From positions 2,445 through 66,444 of the forward strand of contig NIVC01003984.1 of assembly GCA_002269645.1 (NCBI GenBank): DNA of 64,000 nucleotides, read 5' to 3'. The notes under the pieces are model-generated. The model saw only the letters and a program-made list of their open reading frames with translations, was not told where the DNA came from and made no database searches. Below, piece after piece: positions 11,939 through 24,486 of the stretch; position 1 is the first letter of the stretch, and each line of letters starts with the position of its first letter. This DNA is from Macrostomum lignano (taxonomy: Eukaryota). The position numbers and the translations under genes were made by a program.

Positions 11939-12349
11939 TCATTTCGCATTGGCAGGTTCATTAGCACCACTAGCTACAAAATCAGGATTAGAGCTACTCT
12001 GTAACTCATTTCGCCATTTGTCAAAGGCAGCTTGAGCCTGGCACAACAACTGCACAGGATCTTGTTGAGCCTTTAATTTAGCAGCCTGATCAACTAATTT
12101 GTAACGCTCCACATCTGTCAAATGAGAGAATTTGCACAGTTGGCCAAATTGACACTGTCCAGTGTTGAAATAATTCCTGCATGGCTTTTTGCCCGAATCA
12201 GTCAATAGGATTTCATCCGGCTGTCTAAATTTGGCATAGTGATTGGCTTTTAGCTTGGCATGGCCTGCACTACACAGATGGCTTTTACGCTGCGAAGCAT
12301 TATTAGCCAAATGCTTATCGCAGTAGTCACAATAGTAGCGCTTGCCCAT
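11939..12349 (-). CDS. ZMAT5: ZMAT5 / U11-U12 snRNP 20K protein (U1C/matrin-type Zn finger plus CCCH finger)
   Basis: MGKRYYCDYCD...H...H followed by KKPCRNYFNTGQCQFGQLCKFSH, the characteristic two-finger architecture. The C-terminus looks truncated. Confidence 0.88.
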   Translation of the reverse strand: MGKRYYCDYCDKHLANNASQRKSHLCSAGHAKLKANHYAKFRQPDEILLTDSGKKPCRNYFNTGQCQFGQLCKFSHLTDVERYKLVDQAAKLKAQQDPVQLLCQAQAAFDKWRNELQSSSNPDFVASGANEPANAK

Positions 12350-14526
12350 GAAGTGTGTGCAAATGTTTATTTAATAAAATAAAATTTCAAAAAGCTGCTG
12401 TGTAGTTCCTAGTGTTGCTGAGCATATCGTCAAGAGTATATATTATGATATCACAGAATTTGATAAAATTTATGTCAACATATAAGACTTTTGACTGTTT
12501 TGTTCAATATAAATAATAAAGTTTTGGTGACTTTGATCTTATGTTAATTTTGTTTCAAATAATTAGTTCTACTATAGCTATGGATATGTTTGTAAGGAAG
12601 TTATAAATAGTTATAAATGAAATAGTTAAATTTTAAGTTATAGTTAAAATTGAAAGTTATAAACTTTTTAATATGAGTTTAATTTTATTCCCTTTTCTAG
12701 AGACCTGGGCAGATTTATTTAGGCTAGATTATTATTTGCACTTTTGTCCAATAGTCAAAATTTGATATTTGATGGCAAGGCTTGCCATTAGTTTAAATTT
12801 ATTTTAAAGAATTTCTTTTAGGAATCTAGGCCTAATAAATATTAATAAATATTAACTTATTTAATGTTATATTAAATATAATATAACATTTTACTGTTAT
12901 ATTATACTGTTTATTACTGTTATATTACTGTTATATTATTTATTATTAACATTAATATAACTAATGTTATATAAATGTTATAAATTCGTATAAGAAAACC
13001 ATACAAATTTGATAATTATTCTGTATAATGAACTTAAGATTGGATTTTGGTGGCTAATGTTTGCGTAAGTTTCATGTTTACTTTATTTTCTAAAGAAGTA
13101 AGCAGACTTTTATAGGCCAGACTAAATAATTATTTGTACTTTTGTCAAAGAGTAAACATTTATTTTAGATTGTAAAGTTATGGATCATATAAGTCACAGA
13201 AGTATATCATGTTATGATAGGCCTAGAAATTTATAAGGATTATTATGCTATGACACTAAACTATAAAGACTTATCATTTTGTGATAGCAAACTATTATGC
13301 TATTATCCAAACTGTTATATAAGCTAGAGGTAGGGCAGGCCAAGGCAGGGGTTAGGTAGCCGTAGATTTAGAAGACCTAACTTTGTCTTACAATAGATAT
13401 TATCTTATTTTAATAGATCTTACACTATCTCATTAGATTGTAGGGTTAAGTAGGCTAAGGGTGGGGTGAAGCAGGAAGGATAAAAGTTAAGGTTTAGGGT
13501 TAGGATTAGAGGGAATTGCTAAGATTGTAAGGCTTATAGGAATATGATTAAAATATCAAGGCTCATAAAAAGGGGATAATTTAGATATCAAGGCTTATAG
13601 GATAAATAGCTAAGATGTCAAGGCTTATAAAGCAATTGCTTAATAGTTTAATCCAAAAAATTAAAGCCTATTCCATTCTTTGTTGGCTTCCTAATAGGGA
13701 GGGACACTGATTGCTACGAGTATTGCTAGTTTATACTAAGAGGATACTATACTAAGCAAACTGAAGTTAGTGAGGTCTGTTTTTGATAAGAACCTGACCA
13801 AGCAGTTGTTATGCTCAGCTTGTGTTTTCTGGCATTCTTATGTCTTTTTCCTTTTGGATTTAATCACTTAATCTATTCAGTTCAGAATATTATAGTTAAG
13901 ATCTGGAATATTCACAAAATTTGGGACTAGACTCAGCTAGATTACTAGGGTAAAGAAAAAAGGTACCATTATTGCTAGCTACAAGGGGAAGGGGTAGCAG
14001 TCTCTGCCCTTTCTTGAATCTGCCTTTACTTATTTATATATACATAGGTCAAACTCCCTAAGCCATAAGCCCTAGGTTAGGCCTTTTATATATAGACATA
14101 ACAGTCCTAAACTCTCCAAATCACCAAGACTAGGCCTATTGATATTAAAGGTAGATATGAAGTATAAAGTCTGCATAATTAGAAATATATATATTATTGC
14201 AAAAGTTGAAAGTACAAAGCAATGTCACAAGTCACACAATTATATTTTTCTTTATTCTATAGAGCCAGAGCCAGTAGGAGAGGCCAGAGAGCTATGGATG
14301 CTAGTCATTTTGTTGTCTAAAATAATAATTTGTCAACTAAGCAGACAAGTTTTTTTTAAATTGTTTATCTTTTAAGAAATAGGGATAAGGATATATAATG
14401 GGATAAAGAGCGGCTAAACAACTTAATTTGATTGTTACTATTTAAAATGCTATAGGAATACTGTTCCATTATCTTACCCTATTACCTTGTTATCCTACCT
14501 TAAACTTAAAAGCTAAATGCCTATAC

Positions 14527-15842
14527 TACGAGGGTCACTCAGAAAGTTCTTAGCCTAAACACGAAAACAGCAACAAATGAACTAAAAAATGACTAAAAGT
14601 GCTCAAAATACTCTCCACTGGCATTGATACAGGCTTGCATCCTATGAAACCAGCTGTCGAAGCACTGCCGCCAATCCTCATCCTGGAGCTCCTCGATGAT
14701 GTTTTTGAACTTATTCATAGCTTCTTCCGGTGAAGAAAAGACCTGGCCCTTCAGAATCTCCTTGCACTTTGGAAACAGAAAAAAGTCGCACGGTGCCAGG
14801 TCTGGACTGTACGCAGGGTGAGTCATCAGCTGGACCTCACAGTCAGCCAGAAACTCGAGAGTTTGAGCCGCCGTGTGCGCACTGGCGTTGTCGTGGTGCA
14901 GAAGCACCCCGCGCAATCCGCACCTTGGGCGCCTCTGGCTCACAGCAGAAAATACTTTGGGCAGGCAAACCGTTGTGTACCAGTCAGCGGTGACTGTCTG
15001 GCGATCTTCAAGTAAAACGGAAGCCACATGCCCAGTGCGCATAAAGAAACAGGCCACCATCTGCTTGCCGACACTCCGGCTGCGTCGAAACTTGGTGGGG
15101 CTGTCCTCGTCTCCAAAGGTCCACATGGCTGACTGGCGCTTGCTTTCGGGGTCGTATTGATAAATCCAGGTCTCATCGCCCGTGAGGATGTCCCAGATAC
15201 GCCAGCTGGTCCCAGATTCGAATTTCTGCAGCATGAATCGGCACCAAGCCACCCTGGTGTCCTTCTGCATGTCAGACAGCTGATGGGGGATCCACCGGGA
15301 AGCCAGCTTCCGCACTCCAAGGTGTTCATGCAGAATGGCGTGCACACTCCCCGATCCAATACCGATCTCCTGCTGGATCTGCTGGTAGGTCACTCGCCGG
15401 TCAGCGGCAATCATGCTGGACACAGCGCAGATATTTTCTGGAGTCACTGCGTCACAGGGTCTCCCGGATCGATGTTCATCTTCGAGGCTTTCGCGACCTC
15501 GGCGAAACTCAGCGAATCAGTTTTTGACGGTTGCATATGAAGGACATAGATGGGTAAAAACGTTCTGTAAAGTTTGATACGAATCGGCCGGCGACTCGCC
15601 TTGCTTGAAGTGCAAGTACATCATTGCTCTGAAGTCGCGATTTTCCAGCTTCATTGTTGAATTGAAGAACTCAGGGGGGTGAACTGACTTTAACTCGCTG
15701 CAGAGGACTCAAAAGTGGTTGCTTTTGTTTGAAAATTTTTGCTGCAATACTTTTAAAAGTTGGTCTTTACCATAGAAAAATTTCATGCTTCTACGTCTCG
15801 TGGATCCTACTCAGGCTAAAGACTTTCTGAGTGACCCTTGCA
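14527..15842 (-). mobile_element. Full-length mariner (DD34D) transposon, about 1.3 kb
   Basis: TIR TA|CGAGGGTCACTCAGAAAGT..TTAGCCT at 14527 and its inverse AGGCTAAAGACTTTCTGAGTGACCCTTG ending at 15840. Confidence 0.93.
14593..15654 (-). pseudogene. Mariner transposase (353 codons) with one in-frame TGA at codon 46
   Basis: ATG at 15654. TVKN*FAEFRRGR has TGA at 15519-15517 where Trp is conserved. Also WIPHQL, TGDETW, HHDNA, YSPDLAPCD, with 34 residues between the second and third Asp. Confidence 0.92.
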
Positions 15843-16813
15843 TAGTGTGTCCTTTACCAATTTTAATGCTCTATTGACCAGAGTATTATTTATATAAATA
15901 AATCTAAATAGTAGGCTTAGTTGTATATTAGGGGCAAAGATCACTAGTTAAAGCCATTGGCCATGCAAGACCATCTTATAGTTTATAATGAATACATCAA
16001 AAGTGAACAAAGGGACAGGTTTACTATCATCTATAGTTGCAATATCAATCATCACCTTAAGATTATTGAGGCTATACATATAAAAACTTGCAACCAACCT
16101 CAAATATTCAGTTGAGTTATTCCAAGGCTAGTGCTTATACCTCATTTAAGATTGTTCTAATACTAACCATCTTAGTAGTTGGTTTTCTTTTTTTAGTCTT
16201 GTTTTTCTCCTTCTTTCTCTTTCTTTCTTTTTGTCCATCTTGCCTTTGATCAGGATCTCTCTATCCCTTTGTTTAAATGATATAGAATTCTCTATTTGAT
16301 ATTATATTACTACAATATAAGCCTATTAATACTGTATACTTATGACTAGGCCTAATGTTACTAGTTAGGCAAAATATATCATTTGAAAATGAAAAATGCT
16401 TGCAATTTTTTTTTACTAATCTTTATCAAGTGTGCTATTTTGCCAAGATATTATTCTCTTAAAAAATTACAAATATATGATTAGGGCTTACTAAAAGAAA
16501 CAATTTAGAAAGAGAAAAGATACAATATATATGACAACTCTAGATTTAAAGGCTTCTCATTATAATTTCATTTGGAAGGCCTTTTTTATCCCTTATTTGT
16601 ATGCAAAAATATAACTTTCTATGCCATTTTAAAATCTGTGTGTTTCTAATAAGACAATTTGTTTTAATACTTATCATTGCAATTCATAAGAAAGGTTAAT
16701 AGCAATTAAGAAAGAAGTGTTCTAAGCAAATATATTTGAAGTTGTCTTCCAAGTTGATTTATTTTCTAAAGTGGAGTGAAGTAGAAGGACAATATACTGT
16801 ATATACTACTGAG

Positions 16814-17593
16814 CAGTGTTGGGCACAGGTCTGATACTCTGATAGCATTGCCAATACCATTTGAATATCAGAGTATCGGACCTTGTTACTTTTTTCTCAG
16901 TATCAGACCTTGGTATAGCTGAAACATTTTTAAGTCTGATAATCTGATACATTTAATCAAAGTAATAGTAATAAATTTGACTAAAAAGCCTTAGAAAGTA
17001 TTAAAGAAAGTAGCAAAAATAAAAAAATATGGTAAAAATATGCTAATTATATAATTTACTCATTAATTTATTATATAAATGCTTAAATTTCAATTTTGAT
17101 CAATTTTATTCTACATATAAAAAATATTAGACATTGAAGACTGATGAGTCAATGACTTTGGCTAGGCCTATGACTAACTAGTTAGTTAAGTTAGTAACTA
17201 CAACTAAAACTACTACCTGAATTTATTTCCAAATTTTATTTTTCTCAAGTTATAGGCCCTATTATAACTTATAAGACTCCTTTTTTCTTTTCTGGTCAGC
17301 CGCAACTCAATAGAGTCTTTTTAGTGTCTAAAAATTAAGTAGCTAAGAGCTTTTTCTTCATTTTTTGCTTGATAGATGCAGAAAAGTGAGAAAATGCGAA
17401 AAAATGATATATTGGACCAATTATTGGAATAAAGTATTGCGTAATACTCAAATTTTGGTAGGCCTATCAAATATCAACAAATATTGTATAGGCCTAGACA
17501 AATATCGCCAATACCTTTTAGAGTAGGCCTATTGTTATTGGTAGAGTCATTGCTTTAAAATGATACTTTTTTAAAGTATTGGGCCCAACACTG
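16814..17593. mobile_element. Non-autonomous hAT element (780 bp)
   Basis: TIR CAGTGTTGGGC...GCCCAACACTG; 8-bp TSD CTACTGAG/CTATTGAG (7/8 match); subterminal GATAC/CAATAC repeats. Confidence 0.85.
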
Positions 17594-18726
17594 CTATTGA
17601 GAAGCAGAAGTGTTAAGTAAAAGAATATGAAATAAATCCTAACAAATACATGCATAAAGCACCAGAGGCTATGACCCTCTGATCAGCAATTGCAATAAAT
17701 GTCTAAGACTAGAAATACATGCAATACATATACCAGTAGACTATATACTAATTAGGCCAGAATAACAATAGAATGCCATCTATGAGATAGCGTTCTTAGC
17801 ATACTCAGATAAACATACTTCAGATTAATACTCAGAATAATTCTCAGACTAATACTTAGATCTATGCTTAGATAAATACTTAGACAAATACCCTTGGTGG
17901 CTTGGACCTATACTAAGAACTTTTTTAGACTTAATCTAGGAAAATAAATTCATAATAAAATAATCTTGGTGGCAGCAATAGAACATTTAAGAGATAGAAG
18001 GAAAGCCTTAAATGACTTTGGTAACATTGATGGAATTTTTTAAAAGAGGGAACATTAGGCCTACCCCTTTTATATTAATAAGGTATAAATATTATTTTAT
18101 TTGTGATGCAGATGCATGATTTTAATTTTATTGGATTAAAAGTTAGTTTTGTTTTATTTGCAATTTAGGCTTTATTGCTATTATTATTGTCTATTGTTGG
18201 CTTATTGCTAAAATAAAACAAATATTTAATAAAATGATTGAAAATCCATAGTGGAGAGGACTGAGGAGGCTTACATGTAAGAGATTTTTGAGCTACCCAA
18301 CTTCACATCCCTACACTATTACTTTGGCTTTGCTTTAACTAGCAGATGAACAGTTTTATTTTAGAAGAAAAGGCATTCCATCTACTCAGCAGACAAATGG
18401 TCAGCAGATTAATGAACTGGAAACCAGGGCTATTTAGTAAAAAAAACGATTTATCTGAGAGGCCAAAACATTTTACGGTCGTAGCCCTCTCGCTCTCCTA
18501 CTTATGCATAGGGCCTACATGCGCAACTGCTGGCCGACCTGGCCGATCCGGCCACCGTAAATCGTGGCTGACCAGGGGTAAGTCGCAAAATTGAGTCAAC
18601 CAAAAACAGAAAAACACAAGAACCAAGAAAGGCAAGAGGAAAGCGAAAGAAAGAGCAGTTCAGGGAAAATAATGAAGCAAAAGAAAAACAATTCGCAAAA
18701 GAAGCAAACTAAGTTGTAAAAATATT

Positions 18727-19012
18727 CAGGTAAGTCGCAAAAAGGATCAGGTAAGTCGCAACAGGAATCAGGTAAGTCGCAAAAGGGTTAGGTAAGTCGC
18801 AAAAGGATTAGGTAAGTCGCAAAAAGGATTAGGTAAGTCGCAAAAAGGATTAGGTAAGTCGCAAAAGGATTAGGTAAGTCGCAAAAAGGATTAAGTAAGT
18901 CGCAAAAAGGATTAGGTAAGTCGCAAAAAGGATTAGGTAAGTTGCAAAAGGATTAGGTAAGTCGCAAAAAGGATTAAGTAAGTCGCAAAAAGGATTAGGT
19001 AAGTCGCAAAAA
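18727..19012. repeat. 21-22-bp minisatellite (GGATTAGGTAAGTCGCAAAAA)n
   Basis: Read directly from the sequence. Confidence 0.9.
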
Positions 19013-19173
19013 GAAGCAACTAAGTTGCAATAAGAGGGAAGTAAGTCACAATCAGAGGCAATCAGGGGGTAGTAGGTGCAAGTGTGGCAGGAGAGCAAAA
19101 ACAGAATAGAAGCCTTCAACCACAGACAAGATCTTTGAAATCAGAAGCCCGCGTCATTTCTTAAACTCTGGAG

Positions 19174-19945
19174 CAGGGGTTGGCAAACTCCGGCTCGCGA
19201 AGCCCCTCTATCTGGCCCTCGCCCCTCGGGTTCTTTGAAACTTCCTAACTACGAGTAGCAAGGTTGGTGTCTCTTCAACTCTCATCTCTCTCTTCTTCTC
19301 TACCTTGCCTCCCCTCTTCTCTCTCTCCCCCTTTTCCCTCTTCTCTCTCCTCTCATTTTTACTCTCCTCTCTTCTCCCCCTTTCTCTCTACCCTTTCTCC
19401 TCAATGCCCTCTTCTCTTCTCTTATCTTCAGCAAAAATATGTGCATATTTTCTTACTTCAAAGTAGAGGGAATAGAAGATTAGAGATAAGCAAACAGAGG
19501 AGAGGCGAGCGATGCGATGGGAGAAAAGATAGAAGAGGAGAGAAAAGCTGAGGGAGGAAAAAGAGATGAGAGAGAAGAGGAGATGAGAGAAAAGAGGAAA
19601 GAAAAGATGATGGATGAGATCAGAAGAGAGGAAAGAGGAAAGAGGAGAGAGTAGATGAGAGAAGAGAGGATAAAGAGGAGATGAGAGGAGAGTGAAGAGA
19701 GGAGAGATGAGAGAGTAGAAAAGAGAGGAGAGATAAGATGAGAGAGTAGAGTGGAGAGAGACGAGAGGGAAGATAAGATGAGAGAGTAGAGTGGAATGGA
19801 GAGAGACAAGAGGAGAGATAAGAATGTAGAGAGGAGACAGAAGAGATAGGAGAGGAGAGGAAAGAGAGGAGAGAGGAGAGGAAAGAGAGAAGGGATAAGG
19901 GATGAGAGAGAAAAGAAAAAGAGGATGAGAAGATTGAGGAATGGA
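19174..19945. mobile_element. hAT-like left end followed by CT-rich then GA-rich simple repeats
   Basis: CAGGGGTTGGCAAACTCCGGC preceded by CTCTGGAG (hAT-type target). Homologous to the 6288 element. No right TIR found. Confidence 0.5.
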
Positions 19946-22005
19946 GAGAATTTGCAAAGGCCTCAAATCTTAGTTTAACATGCATTACTCCCATCTTTGC
20001 CTTTTTCCTAACTGTTAACAAGTTTTTGTTTGAGCATGACTTCAAATTTAGAATCTATGCAAAAATAGTTCCGGGAATTAGAATTCAGTGGTTTAAAAAT
20101 CTGTGGGTTTTCACAGCTTGTATCTCTACTGGATTCGTATTCTGCATCTGATGAGCCATCTGAATCAGGGCTCTCATCTTCCATGCCAAATCGTCTAGCA
20201 AATCGTTCTTGAGCTATAGGTCACACTGTATTCACTTCACTTACTTCTGGACATTCATGAATCATGACTTTTGTAGTATGCTCACTACACTGTACTGACA
20301 ATTTACCAATTGCTTCATGCCGCCACTAGATGACATACTGATTAGCTGTTATAAAAACGCGGAATCTGCACGCAGCACTAATTAGCTGGCGAGGCATTTA
20401 GCTTTAAAAATATGGTCATAGTTACTCCTGCCGTTTACCTAAAGTTTTTGCTTGGCTCTTTCATAGGTAAGTCGCATTTTTTATCGAAAACTAAGTCGCA
20501 CGGCCAGCGTAATTTCAGAAGTTGCGCATGTATGTACTTATGCTTACGTTTTCAACTCTACCAAACAGCACATAAATAGGCCTAGGCCTATAACTAAAGA
20601 AGTTACTAAGTTCGATAGTAAATTAGATTATTAGCTAACTGCACTAGATCTTGCAATAGTCTAATGAATAAAAAATTCTGTATTAGTAAGAGAATCAGAG
20701 TAGTAGTAAGAGTTCTGGCTCCAGCAAATAGCAGCCTGCTCGCGGACCTAGTGAAGTCCAATAAGCAACTTTTTTAATTCGAAAAGGAAGGTTTGCGAGT
20801 AATGATAAATGATAAGATTTATCGTCTTAAAACTTATCATTTTTGAAACTTTTAGCATACAAGAGGAATAAAAAAACTTTCTGTAAGGGCCAACTGACGT
20901 ACATACATGGAACATAATAATTTGCTTTACTGTTTCACCGCGAAAATGTAATTGTTTGATAATTTATTTTCTTTGAAACCGTCACGTGGACGTCGCCGCA
21001 CCATCGTTCGTTTAAGTTAAATTGCAATTGCAAGCAATGAGTCTTTAACTTAGCAGTACAGTAGAACTATGATTAACTAGCAAGCTCTTTGGCCCATTAT
21101 ACATTGAATGGGCATGCCATTGAATGTAACGTTTTAAGATTTTTTATGGTGAATATCTTTCAAGTCTACCATAATTCTACTGTTCTATCGCATTCTTGAA
21201 TTTGCTGTGCTTCTTTCATTAGGCCTACTTTTTGATTCTTGGTATTTTATTTATTATGTACCAGTAGTAGTATATCTAATTGGATATATAATATACTAAA
21301 ATATAATAAATTAAAAGTCAAGGACTTAGGAACAGAAAAGAAGCAGACTTAATCAACATCAATTTTGTGTTATAATTTTCAATAAGCTCAGAATATTATA
21401 AAACATATAGATATACACACTTTTCATTTCATGCACTTCCTGTGCAGTTGGCAGATGCTGGTGCCTTAACAGATTCTGCCAGCATAGTGACCTATATTTG
21501 TACGCAACACCCAAGGTAGGCTTTGTGACACTATGTCTATTTAGGCTAGACCATATCTAATAGTACAGCATTGCATTGTTATTATTGTTGTAGGAACTTT
21601 GAGACAAAGAGATACACTCATATAAGTGTTTAGAGCTAAGCAATATAATTTCATAAATATTAGAAAGCAAATGGTATATTTTACTATATTGGATATCAGA
21701 TGAACTCATTGACTTTCTACATATTGGCTCTGCCATTAGTTAAATTATACCATATTATATTTATAATAATTTAGAACTTCTTTGATCTTTTAAAATGTTT
21801 TAAATAAAAAACTACAATAACTAAAATGAAATAACAAACAAAACTATATATATACATGTAATATTTATTGCCTTCTTTCTATATAGCATATTTTAAAGAA
21901 AAAAACTTGCTAAAAATCCTATTATTTTATTTCATTAAAAATTTTTCTTTATCTGATTTAATATTTATTCTTTTTCAGCTTATCCTATAAGTTGCAGTTT
22001 GTACA

Positions 22006-24310
22006 ATGCAATTAAGTATTATAGTTGCAGACGTAAAAATAGCAACTGAAAGCTTGGTAGCTCTGCCAGATATTTCTAATGTAGATAATGAGCAACAAAC
22101 ACTTAAACAAGCATTGCGCAATGCATGGAGTATACTCACAGAGCTAAATGAAAAATTGGCAGAAAATTCTGAACCTAGTAGTAACAATGTGCCACCTTCC
22201 ATTGCTGATTGGAAGTCCTATTCACAAGAGCTAAGCAATATTCTTGTGAGTTTCTTCTGTAGCAACTCTATTGGCAGTAGAATCCGTAGCGACTTGCAGC
22301 TTCTTGGTGCTTGCTGTCTGATGGAATTGTTCAAGTTGCATTGCCCAGAGAATCCTTTTGTTGGTTGTCTTAATGAAGCTCAAAGGTAAGCATTATTCTA
22401 TGACTATTAAATGCATACTTTAAATTTATATAGCTTTCTTTTCTTATCTAATCAATACATGTTAAATTACACAATTCTACCCTTCGATCTACCTCTATTT
22501 CATACTATTCTAATATCTACTATTCTACTTTAATCCACCCTTATGTCTACTCCTGTTCTAATATAATCTACTTTCGATCATATCTACTCCTATTGTGATT
22601 GAATCTTCTCCACACATACTATCTTCTCCACATCTAATCCTATTCTAAATGAATCTGCCGTCATATCTACTCCTATTCTAATAGAATCTACCCTCAAATC
22701 TACTCCTTTTCTAATAGAATTTACCGTCACATCTACTCTTATTCCAAATGAATCTACCTCTTTTTACTTTAAATTTCAGTCTATTCCTCAGTAAAACTTT
22801 TTAAATCATGCGACGTACTTTTTATACTACTACCAATTTTGTCAAAGTATGAGCCTGTTTACCCCAGCAACCACAACTCCCCATGCAATCCGATTTTGCA
22901 GTGTTTGCCAATCTGTCCAGCTGATTGCTCGCGCAGCACACCGAGCGGCCACCGGCAGCAGAGGCGGCCCAGCCCTTGGCTATCTGATACGCAACATTGT
23001 CGGCACAGATCTGCCTCTGGCACTCAGACCGTACTCATCTGAGCTGGCCTTGGATGCATCTGCAGCTTGTCTTCGCTGCCTACTGACTGCCGAGCCTGCG
23101 GTAGGCAGGTGGGACTGGCCAGGCGGTCCCGCAGCTGGCCTCGATGCAGCCGCAGCCTCTTTAAATCGACTACTAGATGAAGCTCCAGAATTAATTCGGC
23201 AATCTTCGACTGTTGGCCTACTGTTGGATAGTTGCGTTGCTATGGCAACGACGGCCGAGTCTGACAACTGCTTAGCTGTCAGATTTCTAAGGGAAAATAT
23301 TGAGTCGTTTAGTAAACTGATTGCCGCCGAACTGGAGACTCGGATTGTGCGAGCGTTGCGCGTTGATGAAGATTTGGATGATGGAGGCGGTGAGATTCTG
23401 GTGGTTGGCTATCTGCGGGTTTTCGTCTGGGTCTTTCTAAGCGTAAGGATCCAGGCTCCTGCTAGCTGGCAATTCAACATCTCTATATCCTGATGTGTCA
23501 TGGCACACAAGGGCCAACCCTAAAGGCATTGGACAGTGTGCAACCCGGCACACTTTAAGCGACATTTTCACACCACCGGCGAGAGGCATTGCTGCCCATT
23601 CTGTCGACTCCCCTGAGCAGGCACACAAGCGCGCGGATACGTACGCAGTCATACGCACAGTCACACACTCACACAGGAGTGTACAGCCCTCAAGGACGTT
23701 AATTGCACGAGCAGAGCCAAGCCGAGATTCCAATTTAGCCCCAAATTAATATGGCTGCACTTGGAATCGAGCCTGGGCCGCTGGCACATCAAAGCGCCGC
23801 GCGAAACCACTGGGCTACGGCCCTCAGACTTGACGATTAGAAAGTCATCGTTGGTTTTCGGGACGACACTTTAGTATCTAAGTCTGTCATAGTGTCTTGG
23901 TGCACAGATGTGACTGTACCAAGAGATAATCTGGATTTTTCCTTACCCCGGCTTACCCTAATCCCAAATCCGTCAGGCTGCGACACCAATGAAGCAGCCG
24001 CTGAAGCCCAGGAGCTGTTCGCCATCGAGCAGCTGGCCCTGCTGCTGCCGGCAGCGCATCGCTTGTCAACCACCGAGCTTGGCGTCCCCGGCCTGACAGC
24101 TCGAATACTGCTGCCCCGGCTTCGGTCTCAGCGGGTGGCGGATCGGCTAAGAGCCTGCCGGCAGCTCAGCCGCCTGATGCTCGTTGGCAGCAGCGACGGT
24201 GTGGCCAGGCGGAGCTTCGTCGAAGGCGGCTGGAAAGCTCTGGTAGCCAGGTTCAACGATGTGGCGCCTGCGGTTAGGTGAGAAGCTGACTGTCTGCTAT
24301 TGTGTCTGTG

Positions 24311-24357
<47 letters not shown>

Positions 24358-24406
24358 GTCTGTGTGTGTGTGTCTGCGTGTCTGTCTGTCTGTCTGTCTG
24401 TCTGTG

Positions 24407-24486
<80 letters not shown>

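Larger units (their letters stand above)
18516..20532. mobile_element. Putative TIR element (TACATGCGCAACT...AGTTGCGCATGTA) with nested repeats
   Basis: Perfect 13-bp inverted termini. The GGTAAGTCGCA motif occurs near both ends. Superfamily undetermined. Confidence 0.5.

Noticed and set aside
13493-13504. TTAGGGTTAGG telomere-like motif
   Set aside because: Only about two units are present, which is unremarkable in AT-rich or TE-derived DNA.
17102-17125. CTGATGAGTCAATGAC hammerhead-like start
   Set aside because: The required GAAA after stem II is absent.
23760-23823. Possible tRNA gene
   Set aside because: A and B boxes are present, but no complete cloverleaf or terminator was seen, and the sequence continues into a body. 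It is treated as a SINE head.
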